Source: Candidatus Thorarchaeota archaeon (GTDB taxonomy: Archaea > Asgardarchaeota > Thorarchaeia > Thorarchaeales > Thorarchaeaceae). Taken from it: 64,000 bases of DNA. The notes beneath the pieces were generated by a model that was given only the letters and a program-made list of their open reading frames with translations, was not told the origin of the DNA and made no database searches. How positions within the stretch are numbered: the first letter of the stretch is position 1; each line of letters opens with the position of its first letter. Below are positions 31,330 to 39,931 of the stretch, one piece after another. The DNA is taken from positions 1 through 64,000 of the forward strand of contig JBHIAE010000005.1 in NCBI GenBank assembly GCA_046758445.1. The letters are read 5' to 3'. The position numbers were made by a program, and so were the translations under genes.

Positions 31330-33019
31330 ACTTCCCATTACTCCAGGTCGGATGCTCGGACTCAGAAGAGAATGTTTGTTCACTTCTTACGATACCTTTG
31401 TTGGAATAGACTCTTAGGACTGGCCGGACTTCTACGTGGTTCTTTGCTGAGGCCGTGATCACCCTCTTCATCCAGAAAGACGGCGCCGAAACTACTGCGA
31501 AGCTCTGCTGCTTGGTGTGAAGGAGCGTTGCTTCCACCGAATGACTGGCAACTGTTTCAACGTGGCCTCTTTCGCCCACAAGCAGAAGTGTGGGTCTGAG
31601 TCCTGCGTGGTTGAAGTCCGGCAATAGGATGACTCGCCCTTTCTTCACCAGAGAGTTGAGTCTTTGAGGGGATCCGATGAGAGTGTTAGATAGCACGCCC
31701 AGGCCTCCCTGAGTCAATCTCTCGAGAACTGCGCGTTCCGCCGCATCAATTTCGACATCTGAGAAATCTATGTGGCTCTCAAAAGTCACTTCCTCTTTCT
31801 GTTTGACTCCAAGAGATCTAAGAATCCACTCCAATACAGACTTGCCTTCAGCGACGATTCCTCCTGGTTTCAAGTCTTCGATGCTTAGACGATAGGTAAT
31901 GGATTCCAAGACCTCATCTTTGGACTCCACAAGTCCTAGGAGAACGGTTTCTGAGCCTCTCATGCACTCTATTTCCAGCCAGCTCTCGGGCTCATCTTCC
32001 TTTGTTTCTGATTCCTTGACAGACAAGTGAACTCCGAGCGGAGTAGGATCACAGATTGCTCTTGGTGCAAGATGAATTGACTCAAGTAGATGTCGCCTGG
32101 CAGCAAGCTTTCGGGGCTTTCTAAGTGTTCCACAGAGTCCTTTGACAGCAATATGCTCCTCCGTTCCAAGAGGGACTTCGATTGCATCGTGCAGGTGTAC
32201 TATCGCTTGCAACTGGGTTTCACTTTCAGCACTGTGTGGTAATGCCTGAATGAGCTCCAGTATTCTACTGAACCCTCTCCATGAGTAGGTGTCAATATGC
32301 TTCCTGAGATGCCGGACAAGGGGCTCCATTTTTGAGTCCGTTGATCTTTTGAACCACATTTCCCACCATTTCTCTCTGGAATCTCGTGACATCAGGGCAT
32401 AGGCAATCCCATTTCCCACGGCTTGGCTCAATTCGAGAGTCCGGCGTGGCTCACTGAGCAGTTGAAGGAAAGCCGCTCTCGTGACAAGGCCAATGCCTCC
32501 TGCGGCCTCAAGAAGATCCTGCTCAAACACCAAAACTCCGTCGCCATTCAGTTCAAGTCCGAACCCCTGGCTAGTTGATTCAATCTTCCCTCGGGTCACG
32601 TATGTCGTTGGGAATTCAGGTTCTTTCCGTCCAAGTACGCGAGCAACCTTCTTGATTTCACGAGATAGGTCCTGTCTCAGTTCTTCAGTTGCCTCAATTC
32701 TCAGCTCCTCCTCGGTCGGAGGTTTCACCTTCTCGTACTTAGCCAGAAGACGAGCGTTCTTCCTTATCTTCTCGTACTGCGCGTGCTCGACATTCTCCCC
32801 TACTAGCATCACTCCATTTGTGTCAAAGAAGTAGACTCTGACATAGTCAACATTGACTACTCCAACAAGAAATGTGATTCCTTGAATCTTCGAGAAATGT
32901 TTACGGATGGTCGCAGCCTTGACACGCAGGACATCTACGGTGGAAGCTCCCGTTTCTTGAAACTGCCGCTCGCCGAATGAAGCAATCTCCTTGGGAACAC
33001 CACGAACCTTGCGTGTCAA
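31322..33019 (-). CDS. Hypothetical protein, possible degenerate wHTH/AsnC-like C-terminus
   Basis: Long ORF with normal codon usage; probable TTG start 33019 after GAGGG; C-terminal RLNSLVKKG..LPDFNHAGL. Confidence 0.7.
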   Translation of the reverse strand: MTRKVRGVPKEIASFGERQFQETGASTVDVLRVKAATIRKHFSKIQGITFLVGVVNVDYVRVYFFDTNGVMLVGENVEHAQYEKIRKNARLLAKYEKVKPPTEEELRIEATEELRQDLSREIKKVARVLGRKEPEFPTTYVTRGKIESTSQGFGLELNGDGVLVFEQDLLEAAGGIGLVTRAAFLQLLSEPRRTLELSQAVGNGIAYALMSRDSREKWWEMWFKRSTDSKMEPLVRHLRKHIDTYSWRGFSRILELIQALPHSAESETQLQAIVHLHDAIEVPLGTEEHIAVKGLCGTLRKPRKLAARRHLLESIHLAPRAICDPTPLGVHLSVKESETKEDEPESWLEIECMRGSETVLLGLVESKDEVLESITYRLSIEDLKPGGIVAEGKSVLEWILRSLGVKQKEEVTFESHIDFSDVEIDAAERAVLERLTQGGLGVLSNTLIGSPQRLNSLVKKGRVILLPDFNHAGLRPTLLLVGERGHVETVASHSVEATLLHTKQQSFAVVSAPSFWMKRVITASAKNHVEVRPVLRVYSNKGIVRSEQTFSSESEHPTWSNGKSS

Positions 33020-33173
33020 CCTAGATCCCTCACTGAATGACAGTTGACGGTTCCGCCTGATAAGAGTGACTACAATGTTTCGACAAACGCTGGCATGAGA
33101 GTGCATGCCACAGCAGAAAGAGATTGTGACCAATACGTACGGACTGAAAGGTCGCGATAATTCAATGATCTGT

Positions 33174-33656
33174 TTATGCGACTTCAACAGATTCCATGTG
33201 CGTCTCGTACATTGGCATCAGGATGTTTCTTGTGGGTGTTGTGTTCATCACCACATCAAGAACCTCTTCATTCCTCATCAGAATGCAGCCCAGGAAATTG
33301 TACAGGAATTTGTCCAGTCTGATGTTGACTCCACGTCGAGGTACCTGAGTCAGAAGAAGTACGATGCTAAAGTCCCCGCGAGGCAACTGATTCAATATTC
33401 CTCGTTTCATATCAGGCTCGAGTTCATCCTCGAGTTGCCGGGTCATCACGCCTCGCTCCATGAAGTTGTAACGGATTCGTTCAAAGTCCCCGGACGAACT
33501 CTTCTTGGGGCGTATGAATGATATTGAGTATCCAAGTCGCTTTAGAGAGTTGTATCCAATATACGTCCTGAACAGCGGCGGACTAAGAGACTCAAGCTCC
33601 ACCTTACGTAGTTCTACAGTTTCTCCGTCTCTGCGCACTTTGAGGTTCAACCACAC
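33174..33656 (-). CDS. Hypothetical protein
   Basis: 160-aa ORF, GTG start preceded by GGAG; co-oriented with neighbours. Confidence 0.6.
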   Translation of the reverse strand: MWLNLKVRRDGETVELRKVELESLSPPLFRTYIGYNSLKRLGYSISFIRPKKSSSGDFERIRYNFMERGVMTRQLEDELEPDMKRGILNQLPRGDFSIVLLLTQVPRRGVNIRLDKFLYNFLGCILMRNEEVLDVVMNTTPTRNILMPMYETHMESVEVA

Positions 33657-33716
33657 ACACTCCGTATAGGTCCCACAATTAGAACTATTAGAACCTATTT
33701 AAAGCGTTATGATACA

Positions 33717-34229
33717 TTAGTCCGCGAAGGCGCCTTCCAGGGCTAAAATCTCGGCCTTTTTGTCAAGTCCAAGTCCATACCCGCCTAGACCATTGGTGGC
33801 AACAACTCTGTGACACGGCACGATAGGGCAGAGTCTGTTTTGAGCCATGACATTCCCCACAAAGCGTGCTCCCCCTGGAATCTTTGCTCGACTTGCTACC
33901 GTCCCGTAGGTGGCCGTTTCTCCTCTAGGAATTCTGAGTGTCACTTTCATTACATTACGCTGTTTTTCGGTCAAGTCAGAGAGGTCTAGACGAATACTTC
34001 GCAAGACCGGATGGTCCTGGCCATTTGCGATGGCAAACACTGCCTCGAGAACCTTGTGATGGTCGCTCTGCCGGCTTTCAGCCAAACCTTCGGCATGGAC
34101 TGCTTGAATCGCTTCCGTTCGTGTTCTTCTGGGCAGTGATGTAGCGTAAAGACCTGACGATGTGAAAACGCCAGCTACCCAATCGCCATCCATCTCTAGT
34201 ACTGCAACTGTCTTCAGTTCCATAGTCAA
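33717..34229 (-). CDS. ogt: Methylated-DNA--protein-cysteine methyltransferase
   Basis: IPRGETATYG, ARFVG, PCHRV active site, GLGGY. Confidence 0.93.
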   Translation of the reverse strand: MTMELKTVAVLEMDGDWVAGVFTSSGLYATSLPRRTRTEAIQAVHAEGLAESRQSDHHKVLEAVFAIANGQDHPVLRSIRLDLSDLTEKQRNVMKVTLRIPRGETATYGTVASRAKIPGGARFVGNVMAQNRLCPIVPCHRVVATNGLGGYGLGLDKKAEILALEGAFAD

Positions 34230-34243
34230 TCACGGGCTGGACG

Positions 34244-35125
34244 CTATTTGTACTTCGCGCATTTCTTCAGCACAAAGCCAAGTATTGAGCTCAACTCGGG
34301 GTCACTCTTCTTCGACCCCATCTGTGACCATCCTCCGTCATTGTTCTGACTCTCCAAAATGAACTCAATGCTATGTCTGACAACCTGTTTCTCCTTGTCA
34401 CTCTCTGGAGGACAGACCGCTGTCAGATCGATCATGTCGTAAGTCGATTTGTTATCCACTGCATCCTTCAGATGCTGGTAGAGGGCCGCCCGTGCCCCCT
34501 GGAGGATTTCGCTGTCGGAGTTGATGCCTAGGGCTCTCAACCCTGAAAGGATGTTACCAGTGGCCAGAGGGTCAGATTCTTCCATGTCTCTGAAATCTGG
34601 CCAGTTCCCATCCTCGTATTGCATGTGCATCAGGAAGTCCCTGGCCCTGCGTAGCCGTTCTTCGTCCTCGAAATCAGCAAGACATAATGCTTCAAGGGCT
34701 TTGCCAGTGAGCCATGTCAAGGTCTTTCCTACGGGATACCATCTTCTTCCCCATGTCATTCCATATCGATCCTGGATCAGTGGGTCCAAGTTCAGGGTTT
34801 CAGAGAATCCCCCGTCTGCCTTTTGGCGTGAAACCAGAAACGTCACCATTTTCTGAATCAGTCCACCATGAGTTTCCTTGAATTTCGTCAGAAGAGGCAG
34901 CATCTCCGAGGTTTCTTTCACAGAACTTGGGTTCCCTTTGAATAGGTCGAAAGGGACGCCTCCGTCCTTGTTGAGCAGTGCCTCCAGGTCCTTCAGGAGG
35001 TCATCGACACTGTCCTCCGGAAGCTTGTACCCAGCAGAAACTAGACGCATCTTGTCCGCGATATTCCCATTCTCCAATATGTAGCTCTGAAGGTCGTAGA
35101 AATGGTCTGCACTAGTATCACTCAT
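34244..35125 (-). CDS. Prenyltransferase/squalene-oxidase repeat (alpha/alpha barrel) protein
   Basis: QW-like repeats QKADGGF, QYEDGNW, QNNDGGW. Confidence 0.75.
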   Translation of the reverse strand: MSDTSADHFYDLQSYILENGNIADKMRLVSAGYKLPEDSVDDLLKDLEALLNKDGGVPFDLFKGNPSSVKETSEMLPLLTKFKETHGGLIQKMVTFLVSRQKADGGFSETLNLDPLIQDRYGMTWGRRWYPVGKTLTWLTGKALEALCLADFEDEERLRRARDFLMHMQYEDGNWPDFRDMEESDPLATGNILSGLRALGINSDSEILQGARAALYQHLKDAVDNKSTYDMIDLTAVCPPESDKEKQVVRHSIEFILESQNNDGGWSQMGSKKSDPELSSILGFVLKKCAKYK

Positions 35126-35259
35126 GAAAACTCCACCTATGTGCCAAAAGATCGGCTTGCGAAGAGCACCTCCGATACGTGGCAGCTGACAAAGTGGCTC
35201 TTCTTCCCAAATACAATTACCATCCGTATCCTGCCATTTTAAAGATTGTCCGGTACGTA

Positions 35260-35520
35260 TCAGTCCTCGGACTCGAAGTGCTCAAGAATCGCCTTCCTTC
35301 GCTCTCTGCGCTCGTCTTCTGAGATCTCTTCCTGCTGCCTGTCGTCTTCTTCTACAACAACAATCTTCTCACGAGGGCTGTGCTTAATTCTGTATTCCAC
35401 CTTGTACTCAGGCTTGGATCTCATGCTCTTCTCATGACCACATTCTCTGCACTTTAGAATCGCTTTCTTACCGCTTCTTTTCGGAAGCATCAGCGCGCCA
35501 CATTTCTCGCAGAACTCCAA
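35260..35520 (-). CDS. RpoM/TFS-family protein with N-terminal zinc ribbon only
   Basis: TTG start 35520 after GGGGAG; EFCEKCGALMLP...LKCRECGH and EKIVVVE linker; no C-terminal ribbon. Confidence 0.8.
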   Translation of the reverse strand: MEFCEKCGALMLPKRSGKKAILKCRECGHEKSMRSKPEYKVEYRIKHSPREKIVVVEEDDRQQEEISEDERRERRKAILEHFESED

Positions 35521-35710
35521 GTCGCACTCCCCGACATAGTTTTTGGTCCGCATGCTCGTTGATGACACTCATTTAAGTTTGACTGTTGAGCACGAAATGA
35601 TGAAATCCGCGAATTCAAACCTAGAACTGAAAGAAACACTTATGATGAAGTGACTACGGCGGCCGTTTCATTCTCAGGAGCATCTTCCTATCTGAAGGTT
35701 GTAGTGAAAC

Positions 35711-37042
35711 ATGGTTCGAGTCATCCCTTTCAGAGCATTCAGATATGACGAAACGAAGGTTGGAGACCTCAGTAAGGTCGTAGCTCCACCCTACGACATC
35801 ATCAAGGGTCAGAAGGTGGATGAGCTTCAGTCGCTCTCCGACTACAACATCTCTTGGATAATCAAGAACAGACCCCGAGAAGGTGACACACCCGAGAATA
35901 ATCAGTACACCAGGGCGCGTGATCTTCTGAACCAGTGGATGGAAGAGCGTATCGTGATACAGGACGAACAGGAAGCATTCTACGTCTACGGGCAGAACTT
36001 CTCAGTGAATAACCAAGATCTGTTTAGATTTGGGTTCATAGGTCTGATTCAACTTGAGGATTTTACGCAAGAGGCTCCTGAGAGTGGTATGTTCGCTGGG
36101 GTTCTTCAACACGAAGAAACCTTGCCTAAGGACATCCAAGATAGACTCAGCCTGTGTAGAGCATGCATGACACAGTTTGGACAGATATTCGTCATATATC
36201 CGGACCCTGAAGGGGAAATTGATGACGTTCTTGAGAGGCAAATGAAGCAGAAACCGACTGTCGATGTCACAGACAGCGACGGTGTCCGGCACAGGATTTG
36301 GATGGTCGATAATGCTGAAGACACGAGACTCATCACCGAATACATGAATGAGAAGTACATAATCATAGCCGATGGACACCACAGGTACAAGACTGCGCTA
36401 GCCCTCTCCAGAGAGAATCCAGACCTCGAGAGTGCGAAGTATAGAATGCTGACATTTGTGAACATCTCGAACCCAGGACTAGTCATCCTTCCGACTCATC
36501 GGGTCGTTCAGAATCTGGAGGATTTCTCGAGGGAGGAACTACTTGCCAGATTGAACCAACACTTCACTGTAAATTCGTTTGGGAAGAAGGAAGACATGTT
36601 CGCTCTTATGGCTAAGAAGTTCGATAGCGGTGCTCACACTTTTGGCCTCTTCGTGAATGACGGAATTTTCTATGCCCTCACATTGAATGATCCAGACCTA
36701 ATGGATGAGGTGCTTCCAGACAAGTCTCCTGAACATCGCGGACTTGATGTGGCTATTCTGCACTCGCTCATCCTTGATCGCATGTTAGAGATTGATAGAG
36801 AGAAGCTTGCCCAGGGTACAATGAAGGGTGGAGGTTTCGTCGTCTATGTCAAGGGTATCGGCGACGCTGTAGAGGAAGCGATTAAGTCGGTCGAGGGTGA
36901 TGCTCAAGCAGTGTTCTTCATGAACCCAACACGGATTGAGGAGGTAGAGACCATTTCAAGAAACATAGAGGTGATGCCGCAGAAGAGCACCTTCTTCTTT
37001 CCGAAAGTGTGGACGGGCTTTACAATGAACAAGTTGCGATAG
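35711..37042 (+). CDS. DUF1015 family protein
   Basis: PFRAFRY, VAPPYDII, HEET, IADGHHRY, LPTHR, MPQKSTFFFPK. Confidence 0.9.
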   Translation: MVRVIPFRAFRYDETKVGDLSKVVAPPYDIIKGQKVDELQSLSDYNISWIIKNRPREGDTPENNQYTRARDLLNQWMEERIVIQDEQEAFYVYGQNFSVNNQDLFRFGFIGLIQLEDFTQEAPESGMFAGVLQHEETLPKDIQDRLSLCRACMTQFGQIFVIYPDPEGEIDDVLERQMKQKPTVDVTDSDGVRHRIWMVDNAEDTRLITEYMNEKYIIIADGHHRYKTALALSRENPDLESAKYRMLTFVNISNPGLVILPTHRVVQNLEDFSREELLARLNQHFTVNSFGKKEDMFALMAKKFDSGAHTFGLFVNDGIFYALTLNDPDLMDEVLPDKSPEHRGLDVAILHSLILDRMLEIDREKLAQGTMKGGGFVVYVKGIGDAVEEAIKSVEGDAQAVFFMNPTRIEEVETISRNIEVMPQKSTFFFPKVWTGFTMNKLR

Positions 37043-37051
37043 GTGATTCAG

Positions 37052-38137
37052 ATGACAAAGAGAGTTTACAACTTCTATGCAGGTCCTGCAACACTACCGT
37101 TGCCCGCGCTCGAGAAGGCGCGAGAAGAGCTCCTAGACTTCGCCGGCACCGGCATGTCAATACTTGAGATCTCTCACAGATCAAAGGAATACGACAAGAT
37201 GCACAATGAAGCAACTAAACTAATACGAGAGTTGATGGAGATACCGGAAGAGTACAAGGTTCTTTGGCTTCAGGGTGGTGCATCAAGTCAGTTCTTTATG
37301 GCTCCTGTCAACTTGCAGATGCCAGGGAAACCTATGCAGTACGTGGACACGGGAACATGGTCATCGAAGGCACTGAAAGAGGCAAAGCTCTATGGAGAGG
37401 TACAGGTCGTAGCCTCGTCTGAGGATGACAACTACTCCTACATTCCAAAAGATGTAGGATTCAGTGAGAATGCAGCCTTTGCCCACATTACGAGCAACAA
37501 CACAATCTATGGGACACAATGGCAGCGATGGCCTGAAGTGCCAGACTCAGTTCCACTCGTCTGTGACATGTCTTCTGACCTCTTGGCTAGGAGAATCAAC
37601 GTGAAGGACTTCGGCGTGATCTATGCTGGTGCGCAAAAGAACCTCGGACCTGCTGGAGTCACACTTGTCGTGTTGAGAGAGGATTTAGTTGAGAGAGTGG
37701 CTGAAGATGTTCCAACACTAATGAAGTGGAAGACTGAGGTGGAAAAGAACTCGTTGTTTCATACCCCTCCGTGCTTTGCGATATACATATCCAAGCTTGC
37801 ACTTGAATACTGGAAGGAAGTCGGGGGTATTGCCAAGATAGAGAAGCAAAACAGGGAGAAGGCCAAGATTCTCTACGATGTGATTGATGGCTCAGATGGG
37901 TTCTACAGAGGACATGCGAGGGAAGACTCTAGGTCTCTCATGAACGTCACGTTTACTTTGGCGAATGCCGACCTCGAAGCCAAAGCCGTTGCTGAAGGAC
38001 TAGAGCATGACCTCGTAGGTCTGAAGGGACATCGATCCGTGGGAGGCATGAGAGCGTCCATCTACAATGCGATGACAATGGAAGGCACCAAGAAGCTAGC
38101 AGAGTTCATGACTCGTTTCAAAGAGAACAATCAGTAG
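37052..38137 (+). CDS. serC: Phosphoserine aminotransferase
   Basis: NFYAGPA, EISHRS, QGGAS, DMSS, YAGAQKNLGPAG, GHRSVGGMRASIYN; AGGTGA SD. Confidence 0.95.
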   Translation: MTKRVYNFYAGPATLPLPALEKAREELLDFAGTGMSILEISHRSKEYDKMHNEATKLIRELMEIPEEYKVLWLQGGASSQFFMAPVNLQMPGKPMQYVDTGTWSSKALKEAKLYGEVQVVASSEDDNYSYIPKDVGFSENAAFAHITSNNTIYGTQWQRWPEVPDSVPLVCDMSSDLLARRINVKDFGVIYAGAQKNLGPAGVTLVVLREDLVERVAEDVPTLMKWKTEVEKNSLFHTPPCFAIYISKLALEYWKEVGGIAKIEKQNREKAKILYDVIDGSDGFYRGHAREDSRSLMNVTFTLANADLEAKAVAEGLEHDLVGLKGHRSVGGMRASIYNAMTMEGTKKLAEFMTRFKENNQ

Positions 38138-38195
38138 CGTCAATCGCCACGAACAAATGCGAAGTTCTTCTCCTTGATTGGGAGTCAAATCGCTG

Positions 38196-38843
38196 CTAGC
38201 GGTACTGCTTTACAGTCCTCAGAAACTTCTTGACGTTCTCTGTTATGATTTCGAAACGACCTTCACTGATAGCCTTCTTGTCAGTGATGGCACTACCGAC
38301 CCCTAGAGCAAATGCTCCAGCCTCCAGAAGTGGGCCTGCCGTTTCAAGATTGACGCCGCCAGTCGGCACAAGAGGAATCTGCGGAAGCGGCGCTCTGATC
38401 GCTTTTATGTATGCCGCACCACCTAGGTTTCCACAGGGAAACACCTTGACAGCATCAGCTCCCAAAGTGTAGGCATCAAGAATCTCAGATGGGGTCATTG
38501 CGCCTGGAATGCACGCCTTTGAGTGTCTTTGGGCCGCCTCGATGAGTTCTCTTGAGTACCCCGGGCTCACAATGAATTCGCTACCTGCCTGTACGGCCTC
38601 ATCTACCATCTCTGCGTTGAGAACAGTTCCAGTGCCTATGAGTACTTTGTTTCCAAGCTTCTGAGTCAGCTTGCGGACTACCTCAGTAGCACCCGGCACA
38701 CTGAAGGTAACCTCAATGATGTTGACTCCACCTTCCAGAAACGCCTCCGCCACATTGAACGCCTTTTCGGTTGAGTCTACTCTAATGATTGGGATCAGAC
38801 CTGTTTCATACACAAGATCCATTACCTTCTTTTTGTTCCACAC
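38196..38843 (-). CDS. eda: KDPG/KHG aldolase
   Basis: PIIR, IEVT, GTGTVL, FIVSP, PGAMTPSE, KVFP (Schiff-base Lys), PTGGV. Confidence 0.92.
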   Translation of the reverse strand: MWNKKKVMDLVYETGLIPIIRVDSTEKAFNVAEAFLEGGVNIIEVTFSVPGATEVVRKLTQKLGNKVLIGTGTVLNAEMVDEAVQAGSEFIVSPGYSRELIEAAQRHSKACIPGAMTPSEILDAYTLGADAVKVFPCGNLGGAAYIKAIRAPLPQIPLVPTGGVNLETAGPLLEAGAFALGVGSAITDKKAISEGRFEIITENVKKFLRTVKQYR

Positions 38844-38855
38844 TTAAGCCAGCAC

Positions 38856-39851
38856 CTACCTGTCTATTCGGAGACCTCTCTCTCGACCCTTTATCAGCTT
38901 CTCAACTTCAGACTTGTATACAAATGCCAAATCGCCGGGGACTGAATGCTTCAGAGCAGAGAACGCTGAACCAAAGTCTACGGCTTTCTGCAGATCTTTC
39001 AGGATTAGATATCCATAGATGAAGCCGGCACTGCATGAGTCCCCTCCTCCGAGACGGTCCACAACTTCGACATCGTATGTGCGGCTTCGGTACACCTTTC
39101 CGTCCGAGTAGGCGAACACAGACCATTTGTTCTGCCATACTGATGGAGTTTCACGTAGTGTAATGACGACCACCTCAAAGCCAAACTTGTCAGTCAGCTT
39201 CTTAGCGACCTCCTCGCAGTCCTTTCCTTCAATCCCGTAGACTGTCTTTGTGTCCTCTTCAGTGGTTATCAGGATGTCAATGTGCTCTGACGCCGGTCCA
39301 GTGAACTTGTTTGCCTCCTTTGGAGTCCAGAGCTTGCCTCGGTAGTTCACATCGTATGATACTTTGCACCCCTGCTTCTGTGCCGCCGCGAGCACCTCAT
39401 TGGTTGCTTCTGCACAGGACGGACTGAGGGCCGGCGTGATTCCACTTGTGTGAAACAACTTTGTGCCTTTGAGAATGTCTTTCCAACTCACTTCCCCCGG
39501 CTTTATCTTGCTAATTGCTGATTCTCTTCGGTCATAGATGACACGGTTAGTTCTTGGAGCTGCTCCGAACTCCACGAAGTATACTCCACATCTGCTATCG
39601 GAGTCCCAGAGGATGTGTGACGTATCAACACCGTGTTCGCGCGCCTTGTTGCGAATGAAGTGACCAATTGAATTGTCGCCTAACTTGGTAACATAAGCCG
39701 ACTCGAGTCCAAGTCGGGCACAGGCAACTGCCACATTCATCTCCGCTCCCCCGGCATGTGCATCAAAGCCAGTTGTCTGTTCAAATCTCATGAAGTTGGG
39801 CGGTGAGAGTCTGAGCATGACTTCACCAAAGGTTACTACATCATATCCCAT
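38856..39851 (-). CDS. kdgK: 2-keto-3-deoxygluconate kinase (PfkB family)
   Basis: FGEVMLRL, GGAEMNVA, VIYDR, SGITPALS, DVNYR..LW, DRLGGGDS, KHSVPGD. Confidence 0.88.
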   Translation of the reverse strand: MGYDVVTFGEVMLRLSPPNFMRFEQTTGFDAHAGGAEMNVAVACARLGLESAYVTKLGDNSIGHFIRNKAREHGVDTSHILWDSDSRCGVYFVEFGAAPRTNRVIYDRRESAISKIKPGEVSWKDILKGTKLFHTSGITPALSPSCAEATNEVLAAAQKQGCKVSYDVNYRGKLWTPKEANKFTGPASEHIDILITTEEDTKTVYGIEGKDCEEVAKKLTDKFGFEVVVITLRETPSVWQNKWSVFAYSDGKVYRSRTYDVEVVDRLGGGDSCSAGFIYGYLILKDLQKAVDFGSAFSALKHSVPGDLAFVYKSEVEKLIKGRERGLRIDR

Positions 39852-39905
39852 TAGACCACTCTCGAGCGTTCAGGCAAACAAGTGGGTTGTTTAGTGGTCT
39901 AAATG
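39849..39905 (-). promoter_or_regulatory. Stem-loop leader occluding the kdgK RBS/start
   Basis: TTAGACCACT (39851-60) / AGTGGTCTAA (39893-902) 10-bp inverted repeat; inner AAACAA/TTGTTT hairpin. Confidence 0.5.
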
Positions 39906-39931
39906 TTAAATCTGTCGTCAATGATACCTTT

